Positions 8,750 to 17,340 of a stretch of DNA of 24,000 nt are shown piece by piece (position 1 is the first letter of the stretch; each line of letters starts with the position of its first letter). The notes below the pieces were generated by a model, which was given only the letters and a program-made list of their open reading frames with translations, was not told the DNA's origin and did not search any database. The DNA lies in contig NZ_CP025989.1 in assembly GCF_003072485.1 (NCBI RefSeq), forward strand, positions 273,297-297,296. Reading direction: 5' to 3'. The position numbers and the translations under genes are program-made. The DNA comes from Candidatus Fokinia solitaria. Lineage in GTDB: Bacteria; Pseudomonadota; Alphaproteobacteria; Rickettsiales; Midichloriaceae.

Positions 8750-10243
8750 ATGAGATCGTTACCATCTTTACCAGCAACAATACATATAATTGGAATTGCA
8801 GGCATCGGTATGAGTGCGATAGCACAATTGTGCGTACGGCTTGGTTACGATGTACAGGGATCTGATTTAGACATATCGAAGTTTCCTACCGGTAAAATAC
8901 AGCATGTTAGTATGTGTAACGGTCACGAAGAGGCAAATTTGTATCGTTGGAAAAAAGTACCTACATGTGTGATAGTATCGAGCATTATAAAAGATGATAA
9001 TCCAGAATTGCTTGAAGCGATCAGAAATAATATACCAGTGATCAAAAGAGCAGAAGCGCTTTCATGGCTTTTGCGTGATACATTCAATATTGCAATTAGT
9101 GGTACAAGTGGTAAAACTACCACTACTTCCATAACTGGAGAATTGTTTTTGAAGCACAATATACCTTGTACTGTCATAAGCGGTGGAATAATGAAAGCTT
9201 ATGGTACTAATTGCATTATTGGTGAATATCCATCAGTACGGTATCCAGTAGTTGTAGAAGCTGACGAATCGGATGGTACATTTACCGCAATCTCAAGAAA
9301 TATAGCGATGTGCACTACGATTGTACCGGAGCATATGGAATTTTTTAAAAGCATAGAGGCGTTTGAGAAAGCTTATTGCGATTTTCTAAATAATGGAAAA
9401 GATGATATATGTGCAGTGGTATGCGGGGATATTGATGAAAATACATGTAGTAATCGTGTCATTAACAACAGCAAGAATATTATATTATATGGCTTAGACG
9501 AAAGTAGAAACCATGTCTATGCGAGTAACTTAGTAGTAGGAGAGTATACCGTATTCGATATATATATAAAGAAAACGCTACATCATTCTTTGAAATCAGA
9601 TATAGAAATAAAAGGCGTAAAACTCTCGCTATTAGGTAAGCATAATGTGAAGAATTTTTTATGTGCTGTTTGTGGATTGATGATGTATCAAATTAAAACT
9701 GTTGGTTCAATCGATATCGCATATGATGTAATACGTGATTGTTTTCAAGATTTTCGAGGAGTTGAATCGCGGATGGATGCGCTTGGAAAGCTTTTCGATC
9801 GCTATGATAATGAGATCTACGTTTTTAGCGATTATGCGCATCACTATAAAGAAATAGAGTGTACGGCAAACAGTTTTATAGAGTACTGTCGTACATGCAG
9901 GCAAGATTGCAGTATAATTATTGTGATTGAGTTGCATAAATATTCGAGACTTACTGCTAATTTTGAACAATACCTTGATGTATTATCAGCTATGAAAGCA
10001 GATAAAGTGATATTAATGGAGATATATGAATGTTGGGAGAACGCGAAGGATTATCCAGTTACTTCCAGCAATGCACATGTAGCTAAAGTGGTAAATGAAA
10101 GAAGAGGAGAGGATTTTATAATAGTTCTGAAGAAAAACGAGTTGCTAAAAGACGTAATTCTAGAACAGGAGAAAGGTAAGAAGATGGTAATCTGCATGGG
10201 CGCAGGGAAGATGAGAAAGTGCGCAGAGGCGCTTATAAAGTAG
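8750..10243 (+). CDS. murC: UDP-N-acetylmuramate--L-alanine ligase
   Basis: The N-terminal Rossmann motif is IHIIGIAGIGMSAIAQ, the Mur ligase P-loop is ISGTSGKTTTTS, and EADESDGTF is also present. At 497 aa it is close to E. coli MurC length. Confidence 0.88.
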   Translation: MRSLPSLPATIHIIGIAGIGMSAIAQLCVRLGYDVQGSDLDISKFPTGKIQHVSMCNGHEEANLYRWKKVPTCVIVSSIIKDDNPELLEAIRNNIPVIKRAEALSWLLRDTFNIAISGTSGKTTTTSITGELFLKHNIPCTVISGGIMKAYGTNCIIGEYPSVRYPVVVEADESDGTFTAISRNIAMCTTIVPEHMEFFKSIEAFEKAYCDFLNNGKDDICAVVCGDIDENTCSNRVINNSKNIILYGLDESRNHVYASNLVVGEYTVFDIYIKKTLHHSLKSDIEIKGVKLSLLGKHNVKNFLCAVCGLMMYQIKTVGSIDIAYDVIRDCFQDFRGVESRMDALGKLFDRYDNEIYVFSDYAHHYKEIECTANSFIEYCRTCRQDCSIIIVIELHKYSRLTANFEQYLDVLSAMKADKVILMEIYECWENAKDYPVTSSNAHVAKVVNERRGEDFIIVLKKNELLKDVILEQEKGKKMVICMGAGKMRKCAEALIK

Positions 10244-10261
10244 TCTGCTTTAGAAGAATTG

Positions 10262-10792
10262 CTACTTCTCTGATTTTCTTTGTAATACTCGTACGAAATT
10301 TCCGAGAGGTGCGGACAATACTCGTACAAATTTGGAGTGTGGCGCAAGCATTACGCTAAGTAATTTTGCTCTCATACCGTTGATATCAGGCAATTTCGAG
10401 AGTGCAAGAACTTCTTCAGCGGAGTATGTTGTAGTGCCTAAGCATCCACCTACGACAGAGAGTACATTTTCGTTACTAGCAAAATCCACCACGAATTTTA
10501 CTGCATCAATATTATTCTGATTTGCGAATATACCTATTGTAGTGCCAGAAAGAAAGTTTACGCATTCTGAGTATTTTCCATCTCCTAATGCTATCTTTGC
10601 TAAACTGTTTTTGAGAAATATGCAATCTGCGGACACTTTAGTGAGAGATCTGCGAAAATCCTTCATTTTTGGTACGGAAATCCCTTTATTCTTGAGAATT
10701 ATAAGCATAGAATTTTGTGCTAAAGCAGAGGAAAGAGTCTCAACTCTTTCTATCTTCTTCATTCTTTTTACACTCTTCACGGCGTTCAGCAA
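10262..10792 (-). CDS. rplJ: 50S ribosomal protein L10
   Basis: L10 pattern throughout: KIERVETLSSAL...ILKNKGISVPKMKDFRRSL...LKNSLAKIAL...LPDINGMRAKLLSVMLAP..FVRVL. The maximal ORF starts at TTG 10792, and the ATG at 10762 (MKKIERVE...) is a more likely start. The gene is convergent with murC across an 18-nt gap, with no rplL downstream. Confidence 0.85.
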   Translation of the reverse strand: MLNAVKSVKRMKKIERVETLSSALAQNSMLIILKNKGISVPKMKDFRRSLTKVSADCIFLKNSLAKIALGDGKYSECVNFLSGTTIGIFANQNNIDAVKFVVDFASNENVLSVVGGCLGTTTYSAEEVLALSKLPDINGMRAKLLSVMLAPHSKFVRVLSAPLGNFVRVLQRKSEK

Positions 10793-11024
10793 ACTATATT
10801 AACGTATAAAAACTCATTCCATAGCGATTAACCATGCGGAATGCTTACAATTACTTTATACGCTACATTCTTATAGCTTTGTATGTCAAGATGAAATTGA
10901 CGTTATTTTACGTCTCTTTCCTCAAATTATGCCGTATATTGCCGTAAATTTACAGTAGACTTTTTGTGATAAAGCTACTATTCTACCGAAGGTATCTGCC
11001 TTAATAGAGTAATAAGATTCAGCA

Positions 11025-13889
11025 ATGAAAGGCAATGTAGAGAAAACAGAACATAGCAGCGTCAATGTATCCATAGATTTGGAGATGCGGGAAGCGTACT
11101 TGAATTACGCAATGAGTGTGATAGTGAGTCGTTCTCTTCCAGATGCAAGGGATGGACTGAAACCTGTTCACAGAAGGATACTGTATTCTATGGGAGAGCA
11201 AAATAACAATTGGAATCGCCCGTATAGAAAATCTGCAAGAATAGTAGGTGAGGTATTAGGTAAATATCATCCACATGGTGATACCGCGATATACGATGCT
11301 TACGTTAGAATGGCACAGCCTTTTTCTTTGTATAAGACTCTCATAGATGGTCAAGGTAATTTTGGCTCTATAGATGGAGATAGTCCAGCACAGATGAGAT
11401 ATACCGAAGGAAGATTGCAAAAAATTTCCAACTTATATCTGCTAGCTGATATTGATAAAGATACTGTCGCTTTTAAGGATAACTACGATAATTCAGAAAG
11501 AGAGCCTACAGTGTTGCCTGCGCGTTTTCCTAATCTTCTTGTGAATGGCGCAAGTGGTATTGCAGTTGGTATGGCTACAAATATACCGCCGCATAACGTG
11601 GTAGAAGTGCTTAATGCGTGCCTTGCATATATAGAAAATCCGGATATTACGATACAAGAGGTAGTATCAAAGTATATACCTGCGCCAGATTTTCCTACAG
11701 GGTGTAAAATTATAGATTATGACAAATGCTATAATGCAATGCTTACCGGTAGAGGTAGTATTACGATAAGAGGAAAGACTCATATAGAAGAAAACAATAA
11801 TAGAGCGTCGATAGTTATTACTGAGATTCCGTATCAAACTAATAAAGCGGAGTTTGTGAAATCCATGGAAGCGCTTGCGCGTGATAAAGTTATAGATGGT
11901 ATCGCAGAGATCAGAGATGAATCAAATAAATTAGGTATAAGAGTAGTAGTAGAGTTGCGCAGAGAAGCTGCAGCAGAGGTAGTTCTTAATCATTTGTATA
12001 AGCATACAGTGCTAGAGACTTACTTCGCAATTAATATGCTAGCTCTCTATAATGGCAGACCTACTGTTTTGAATGTTTTGGATGTTGTAAAAATATTCGT
12101 AGAATTTAGGCAAGAAGTTATAACTAGAAGAAGTAGATTTCTCTTAAATAAAGCCTCCTCTCAAGCACATGTGATATTTGGATTATTAATGTGCATCGAT
12201 AACATATCTCGCGTAATAGAGATTATAAGAGGCTCTAGAGATGTAGCTATTGCAAGAGAAAGACTATTGACTGAAAAGTGGTCATTCAATTATCTAGGTG
12301 ATTTAGCTGCACTTACAAAAGTGTTGAATATACAAAGCTATGAAGACGGAGTTTATACTTTGAGTCAGCAGCAGTGTAAAGCTATCTTAGATATGAGATT
12401 ACAAAGATTGACAGGGCTAGAAAAACAAAAGGTAGCAGAAGAATTTGAAGCGCTGCTTAGTGAAATTAAATTTCACCTTGAGATACTGAATTCTCGTACT
12501 GTTCTGATGGAAGAAATAAAAAATGAAATACTCGTAGTGAGAGATGATTTAAACGATTCGAGAAAAACAGAAGTCACTCAAATGCGTAGCAATATGAGCG
12601 AGGATGATTTTTTCTCTAAAGAAGATGTAGTGATACTGCTGACAAAAAGCGGATATATGAAGCGTACTTCACTTCAGCACTATAAAGATCAACGGAGAGG
12701 TGGAAAGGGAAAATCTGGAGTGAGTACATATGAAGATGATTCATTAGCAGAAATTTTAGTTACTACTACGCATCATAATTTGTTGTTTTTCTCTAATGCG
12801 GGGAACGTATACATGTTAAAGGTGTATAAAGTACCAGCAACGACGCTTCAGAGTACAGGAAGAGCTATAGTCAATTTTATACCATTACGTACTGATGAGA
12901 AGATCACTAATGTCATATCAGTAGATAGAGAAGTGTTCTTACATGGTACTCAAGAAATGTACGTATGTTTTTGCACATCACGTGGTAGTATAAAAAGAAA
13001 TAGTTTATTGGACTTTAAAAATATTCCTAGTGGTGGCAAGATAGCGATTAAATTGGATAAAGATGATTATTTAATAGGTGTTTCGTTATGTACTGCAAAT
13101 CAGTACGTTATGTTATCTACAAAAATGGGGAAATCTGTTTGTTTTCCTGTAGCGAATTTACGCGTTTTTAAAGGAAGAGCGTCTGAAGGAGTAAAAGGAG
13201 TGAGATTGGTGCGAAAGGATGATAGTGTCATTTCTATGTGTATGTTACCTGGAATAGATATTGATTACTCGATAAAGTCTTCATATCTAAAAATACCAAG
13301 TGACGTTCGGCTTCGGATGTCAGAAGAATTCGAGAATGGAAAAGATATAACTGAGTTGGCAAAGAGTGCGCTTGAGAAATACTGGAGTTACTCTGAATGT
13401 AGTGATGTGGAAGCTGTAAGCGAACTAGACGTAAGTGAACAAGAGAGTGTTGCAGAAGATATTAGTGAGTTGAATGATGATATCGAACATGTACTCGAAA
13501 AAAGCGTAATTGCTAGGATAGATGGCGATATTACTGTAGATAAATTAATAGAATTAGTGGTACATGAGAAGTTTTTGTTAAGTATATCGAGTAATGGATA
13601 TGGCAAACGTACCTCATCATACGAATATAGAGTGACTGGAAGAAATGTTGGAGGAGTAGTAAATATGGATGTTGGTCGTGCTCATGTCATTGGAGTTTTA
13701 CCGATTAAAGATACTGATAGCGTTATTTTAGCTTGTAATTCTGGTAAAGTGATTAGAGTATCTGCTGATTCTGTGCGTGTTACTGGAAGAAATACGAAAG
13801 GAGTACGCGTAGTATCTTTAGAGAAGAATGATCATGTAGTGTCGGCATGCAGTATATCAAGCTCTATCTTGGAAGAATCAGTAGATTGA
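11025..13889 (+). CDS. gyrA: DNA gyrase subunit A
   Basis: N-terminal signatures are [28 protein letters not shown] and [18 protein letters not shown], with the active-site region RYTEGRL. The GyrA box QRRGGKG at the start of the CTD distinguishes it from ParC. The 954-aa length includes an acidic insertion in the CTD. Confidence 0.95.
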   Translation: MKGNVEKTEHSSVNVSIDLEMREAYLNYAMSVIVSRSLPDARDGLKPVHRRILYSMGEQNNNWNRPYRKSARIVGEVLGKYHPHGDTAIYDAYVRMAQPFSLYKTLIDGQGNFGSIDGDSPAQMRYTEGRLQKISNLYLLADIDKDTVAFKDNYDNSEREPTVLPARFPNLLVNGASGIAVGMATNIPPHNVVEVLNACLAYIENPDITIQEVVSKYIPAPDFPTGCKIIDYDKCYNAMLTGRGSITIRGKTHIEENNNRASIVITEIPYQTNKAEFVKSMEALARDKVIDGIAEIRDESNKLGIRVVVELRREAAAEVVLNHLYKHTVLETYFAINMLALYNGRPTVLNVLDVVKIFVEFRQEVITRRSRFLLNKASSQAHVIFGLLMCIDNISRVIEIIRGSRDVAIARERLLTEKWSFNYLGDLAALTKVLNIQSYEDGVYTLSQQQCKAILDMRLQRLTGLEKQKVAEEFEALLSEIKFHLEILNSRTVLMEEIKNEILVVRDDLNDSRKTEVTQMRSNMSEDDFFSKEDVVILLTKSGYMKRTSLQHYKDQRRGGKGKSGVSTYEDDSLAEILVTTTHHNLLFFSNAGNVYMLKVYKVPATTLQSTGRAIVNFIPLRTDEKITNVISVDREVFLHGTQEMYVCFCTSRGSIKRNSLLDFKNIPSGGKIAIKLDKDDYLIGVSLCTANQYVMLSTKMGKSVCFPVANLRVFKGRASEGVKGVRLVRKDDSVISMCMLPGIDIDYSIKSSYLKIPSDVRLRMSEEFENGKDITELAKSALEKYWSYSECSDVEAVSELDVSEQESVAEDISELNDDIEHVLEKSVIARIDGDITVDKLIELVVHEKFLLSISSNGYGKRTSSYEYRVTGRNVGGVVNMDVGRAHVIGVLPIKDTDSVILACNSGKVIRVSADSVRVTGRNTKGVRVVSLEKNDHVVSACSISSSILEESVD

Positions 13890-13940
13890 ATTAAAGGATT
13901 TTTGAAATAATCAGTTAGAGAAGTATTATGATAGCTTCGA

Positions 13941-14129
13941 TTGAAAGAAATGAAGCGACTTTATTGTAAGACAGTAAGTGAAAAGATAAGCGAATTGACA
14001 GTTTCAGAGATGATTGCTTCAAGAGTGTATAAGATTGAATATCAAAAGAAGTGTTTATGTGAAGATACAGCTGTAAAAGCAATTCTTCATACCTTAAGAA
14101 AGCGACTTTATGATTTAAAAATTAAATGA
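13941..14129 (+). CDS. Hypothetical small basic protein (doubtful)
   Basis: 62-codon ORF from TTG (59 codons from ATG 13950) lying 50 nt after gyrA. I recognise no motif. Its two ends share the DNA repeat gaagcgactttat (MKRLY... and ...RKRLYDL), which ties it to the repeat-rich non-coding region that follows. It may not be a real gene. Confidence 0.2.
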   Translation: MKEMKRLYCKTVSEKISELTVSEMIASRVYKIEYQKKCLCEDTAVKAILHTLRKRLYDLKIK

Positions 14130-14137
14130 TAGTAAAA

Positions 14138-14607
14138 GATGAAAGTATCGATTTTATCCGAAGCTAAGTTATCGATTGAAGCTGAGTTATAATTATATCT
14201 CGAAGCTAAGATGTATGAAGAAAGGAGCGATGTGTAACACAAAGACACGCTAAAAGAAAGAAGATGATACGTAATGCAAAGACATACTAGGAGAAAAGGA
14301 CGGTGATGTGTAATGCAAAGACAAATTAAGATGATGTGAAGAATGAATATTATGGATATATAGCGACGATGTTGACGAATTCATTGTAAGACCTTATATA
14401 TCGAGGCTGATGATGAAGGTGTCGATTCTATGCGAGACTGAGTTATAAATTAAAGCTGAGTTATAATTATATCTCGAAGCCGATGGTGAAAGTATCGATT
14501 TTACTCGAAGCTAAGTTATAAATCGTAGTGGAATTATAATTATATCTCGAAGCCGATGGCGAAGATGTATGAAGAAAGGAGTGATGTTGACGAATTTATT
14601 ATATAGC
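14138..14607. repeat. Imperfect 73-bp repeat family: two head-to-tail copies plus a partial third, and a dispersed copy with a shared 3' tail
   Basis: The copies at 14409-14481 and 14482-14554 are each exactly 73 bp and match at 58 of 73 positions by my alignment. A third period begins at 14555. A related copy at 14138-14209 has a 3-nt deletion. Both the 14138 copy and the 14482 copy are followed by gatgtatgaagaaaggagYgatgt. Each unit contains the sub-motif RAGCTRAGTTATAAWT and ends in ttatatctcgaagcY. Confidence 0.85.
14229..14340. repeat. Imperfect tandem repeat of 37-39 nt, about 3 copies (core GATRYGTAAYRCAAAGACA)
   Basis: Cores are gatgtgtaacacaaagaca at 14229, gatacgtaatgcaaagaca at 14266 and gatgtgtaatgcaaagaca at 14305, each followed by a purine-rich stretch. 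The array is nested between copies of the 73-bp family. Confidence 0.75.
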
Positions 14608-14812
14608 AAATAGAGATAAGAACTCATTATCACTCTAAAAGAGCCATAACTTTGAGAAAAAAGAAGATCGGAAGCGGAAAGAAATCCAGAGCAAGCCGAC
14701 ATAGAAGAAGCTAAGTATGATCGAGAACTCCACTAAAACGAACTGAGAACTTCTAGAGTATGATATGCTTTACGATGTTTAGATGCTTCGCGGGAAAATC
14801 ATCTATAGAGAA

Positions 14813-14938
14813 CTAAGCCTGCTTCGCTTTAAAACGAGGATTCTTCTTATTAATTACGTAAATCACGCCACGACGCTTCACGATTCTACAATCTTTATCG
14901 CGTTTCTTAGCACTTTTCAAAGATGAGAAGATTTTCAT
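14813..14938 (-). CDS. rpmJ: 50S ribosomal protein L36 (long, alphaproteobacterial/YkgO-like type)
   Basis: My own translation is [41 protein letters not shown] (41 aa), which aligns along its whole length with E. coli YkgO ([41 protein letters not shown]...). It is too short to appear in the ORF track. Confidence 0.9.
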   Translation of the reverse strand: MKIFSSLKSAKKRDKDCRIVKRRGVIYVINKKNPRFKAKQA

Positions 14939-14951
14939 ATCGCAAGAACAT

Positions 14952-15028
<77 letters not shown>

Positions 15029-15090
15029 CCTTTCAAATGTAATTCCACAAAATTACAACACGTATACTGTATATTGAATCATGCACTATG

Positions 15091-15798
15091 TCAATTAATT
15101 TCATTTACCGTAGAGTACTCATTTGTATTTGCTTTAAAAAGAAACTTATTCGTAAGAGAAGTTGCGCCGTATAGCATTGGTACACTTAGCGCAACGAAAA
15201 ACAGTTTAAAAGAATACGTACTAAGTATAAGAGGTAACAAATGTTCTTTTGGAAATATTTTCAGAAGTGACATTACCGACAGCATTATAGCAGTATCTAT
15301 AAAGAGTGAAAACGCTGTACTACAGCTACTGCGTAGCCATAATAATTTCCCGTTTGTCAGTTTCTTAAAGTAAAGAAATATTCTCACATCGAGCATTTGA
15401 GAAGTATAGCACGCTATAAGAGATGCTATGAATACGGTATTATAGCATCCAAAGACCGTACTAAACGTCTCCGTACTCATTTTCGACCAAGAAGCTGCTG
15501 GCATTTGCATGAAGAGTAGCATAATGCATGCGACTCCTCCTCCTATTATGATGCCGAGGCGTAAGCAGAACCTTGCGGCATCTCTGCCATAGAATTCACT
15601 GATTATGTCACTAAGTAGAAAGGTGAAGGGATAAAGAATAGAGCCAGTTGGAATGGAGAAGGAAAGCAGCCCGAAGAGCATAAAGGTTACCTGCTTCTGA
15701 TAGAGGAGGTTACTCAGAACGATTAGAACTGAGAACACCGCACACAATACAGTATATAACTTGTGTGATTGATATTTTTTCATTGCTTTGTGCTTCAT
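15091..15798 (-). CDS. yhhQ: Queuosine-precursor transporter, YhhQ/VUT family
   Basis: Polytopic membrane ORF with family blocks YPFTFLLSDIISEFYGRDAAR, SQMLDVRIFLYFKK and LWLRSSCSTAFSLFIDT. The maximal ORF starts at TTG 15825, and ATG 15798 or 15783 is more likely. It follows nuoM closely on the same strand. Confidence 0.75.
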   Translation of the reverse strand: MKHKAMKKYQSHKLYTVLCAVFSVLIVLSNLLYQKQVTFMLFGLLSFSIPTGSILYPFTFLLSDIISEFYGRDAARFCLRLGIIIGGGVACIMLLFMQMPAASWSKMSTETFSTVFGCYNTVFIASLIACYTSQMLDVRIFLYFKKLTNGKLLWLRSSCSTAFSLFIDTAIMLSVMSLLKIFPKEHLLPLILSTYSFKLFFVALSVPMLYGATSLTNKFLFKANTNEYSTVNEIN

Positions 15799-15831
15799 AG
15801 TAAGAAAGCATTGCACAGTTGTCAAGACAAT

Positions 15832-17340
15832 TTACGAGAATATTTTCTCTAATTTCGGATTAATACCTAGAGATACTGATATTATCACGATAGCAAGTAA
15901 AATATAAAATTCTGCTTTAGAAGAATCTCGAAGTTCAGAACTTATTTTTACTTGCGACAATCCAAGAGAAAAAAATATCCTTGAATACATCATCAGCATA
16001 TAAATTGCTGAAAGAACTATATTTATCGATAGTAGAAAGCCGAATACTTTATCGAAATGATATACTCCGAATATTGTTGTAAATTCTCCTATAAATCCGG
16101 ATGTAAGAGGTACTCCTATTGCACTTAACGTGAACACTGCAAAGGTACTTGCGAGCATTGGCATACGTTTTCCGAGTGTTTCCGGTATAAGATAAAGATT
16201 ATATGTATGAACGCGTGTATGGAGAATACCAAGTCCAGCAAATAAGCCGCATGATACTACGCCATGACTAAGCATCTGAAAAATAGCACCTTTAAATCCA
16301 TAGCTATTCAAGGAGAAGAGTCCAGCTATGACGAAACTCATGTGAGTAATTGAGGAGTATGCTACTATCTTTTTTGCTTCGAATTGCACTAACGTGATCA
16401 AAGACGCGTATATACCGCCAGCTATAACAATACTTACTAATATGGATTGCCATTCTTTGATAAAAGTTGGAAAGAAAGGAAGAAAGATCTTAATAAATCC
16501 AAAACAGCCTATTTTCAATAAAAGAGCTGCAAGTATCATAGAGCATGATGTTGGCGCTTCTACGTGAGCTTTTGGTAACCATGTATGAAAAGGAGGAATA
16601 GGAGTTTTGACTGCAAATGGTATGAAAAATGAGAGTGCGAGGTAATTGATATTTTGCGAAGGTATGGTTACTGATATCAAATTTGCAAGAGTATTAATAT
16701 CTAAAGTACTATAAGATATCATGATATATGTGATACCCCATAGCATTATGACAGATGAAGCAATGGTGTACATCAAAAATTTAAAAGTCGCGTATACACG
16801 TCCTTCATCTCCCCATTTTCCTATGATGATGAAAGTTGGCACTAATACAAGTTCAAACATAGTGTAGAATACTAGCAGATCTTGAGTTGTGAATAAGTTT
16901 ATCAGCATTCCCTGTATTATTAAGAATAATGAAGATTGCTGAATAGCGGCTGCTTCATCGCGATTTCCACTAAAGAAAGTGAATAGTATTGTGATGGACG
17001 ATATTGATGTCGTAAGTAATACAAATACTGCAGATATATAATCTAATCTGACTGAATGATTTACAGCGATACTGCCGTTTGTACTAAAAAGATGCAGTCT
17101 GCATAAAGTGTGTAATTCTGAAAATAAAAATTTTCCATCCTGAGCATTATAGATACACACAAACATTACTATCGAAGAAAGAAATGTAATGAATGAGCAA
17201 GAGATAATTTGATATTTCAGAATATGATAAACTTTTTTTTCTTTCGTGATACTAATGACAAGAAATGAAAATACTGCACATAATATTGAAAGTAGTATCG
17301 AGAAGGATATCAGAGGAAACGATGTTATTGAAAGATGCAT
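15832..17340 (-). CDS. nuoM: NADH-quinone oxidoreductase subunit M (ND4 homologue)
   Basis: 502 aa and multi-TM. The ND4/NuoM-specific block is PFHTWLPKAHVEAPTSCSMILAALLLKIG. It also has FELVLVPTFIIIGKWG...ATFKFLMYT and IVAYSSITHMSFV. This is not NuoN, which has a PFHFW..VY.GAP-type block instead. Confidence 0.88.
   Translation of the reverse strand: MHLSITSFPLISFSILLSILCAVFSFLVISITKEKKVYHILKYQIISCSFITFLSSIVMFVCIYNAQDGKFLFSELHTLCRLHLFSTNGSIAVNHSVRLDYISAVFVLLTTSISSITILFTFFSGNRDEAAAIQQSSLFLIIQGMLINLFTTQDLLVFYTMFELVLVPTFIIIGKWGDEGRVYATFKFLMYTIASSVIMLWGITYIMISYSTLDINTLANLISVTIPSQNINYLALSFFIPFAVKTPIPPFHTWLPKAHVEAPTSCSMILAALLLKIGCFGFIKIFLPFFPTFIKEWQSILVSIVIAGGIYASLITLVQFEAKKIVAYSSITHMSFVIAGLFSLNSYGFKGAIFQMLSHGVVSCGLFAGLGILHTRVHTYNLYLIPETLGKRMPMLASTFAVFTLSAIGVPLTSGFIGEFTTIFGVYHFDKVFGFLLSINIVLSAIYMLMMYSRIFFSLGLSQVKISSELRDSSKAEFYILLAIVIISVSLGINPKLEKIFS

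Noticed and set aside
14150-14470. Replication-origin or iteron reading of the repeat region (DnaA box-like TTATCCGAA at 14154-14162; TTAA-N7-TTAT at about 14449-14463 resembling a CtrA site)
   Set aside because: There is only one 7/9 DnaA-box match and one imperfect CtrA-like half-match. Such matches are expected by chance in AT-rich DNA, and no cluster of boxes or flanking origin-associated genes is visible.
14138-14607. Could the repeat cluster be a CRISPR array?
   Set aside because: The units abut directly with no unique spacers and are only about 79% identical (58 of 73 positions). They are 73 bp long rather than 24-48 bp, and no cas genes are nearby. The cluster behaves as an ordinary imperfect tandem or dispersed duplication.
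14660-14700. Possible SRP (4.5S) RNA fragment suggested by ggaagcggaaag...ccagagcaagcc
   Set aside because: I could not fold it into the conserved domain IV hairpin (GGAA tetraloop with symmetric and asymmetric loops), and no flanking helix-forming complement is present. Likewise, I spotted no RNase P (GAGGAAAGTCC) or tmRNA signatures by eye in the window.
14511-14702. 63-aa minus-strand ORF in the gyrA-rpmJ spacer
   Set aside because: It reads through the reverse complement of a 73-bp repeat copy and its tail (…LRHRLRDIIIIPLRFIT). It has an odd composition and no start context, and it exists only because the repeat happens to lack stops in that frame.
15068-15094. Promoter for tRNA-fMet on the minus strand (perfect TTGACA at 15094-15089, TATACA at 15073-15068)
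   Set aside because: The spacer is only 15 nt and the -10 is weak. The -35 overlaps the yhhQ stop codon, so read-through from the valS-nuoM-yhhQ unit is an equally good explanation. The evidence is too thin to list as a feature.
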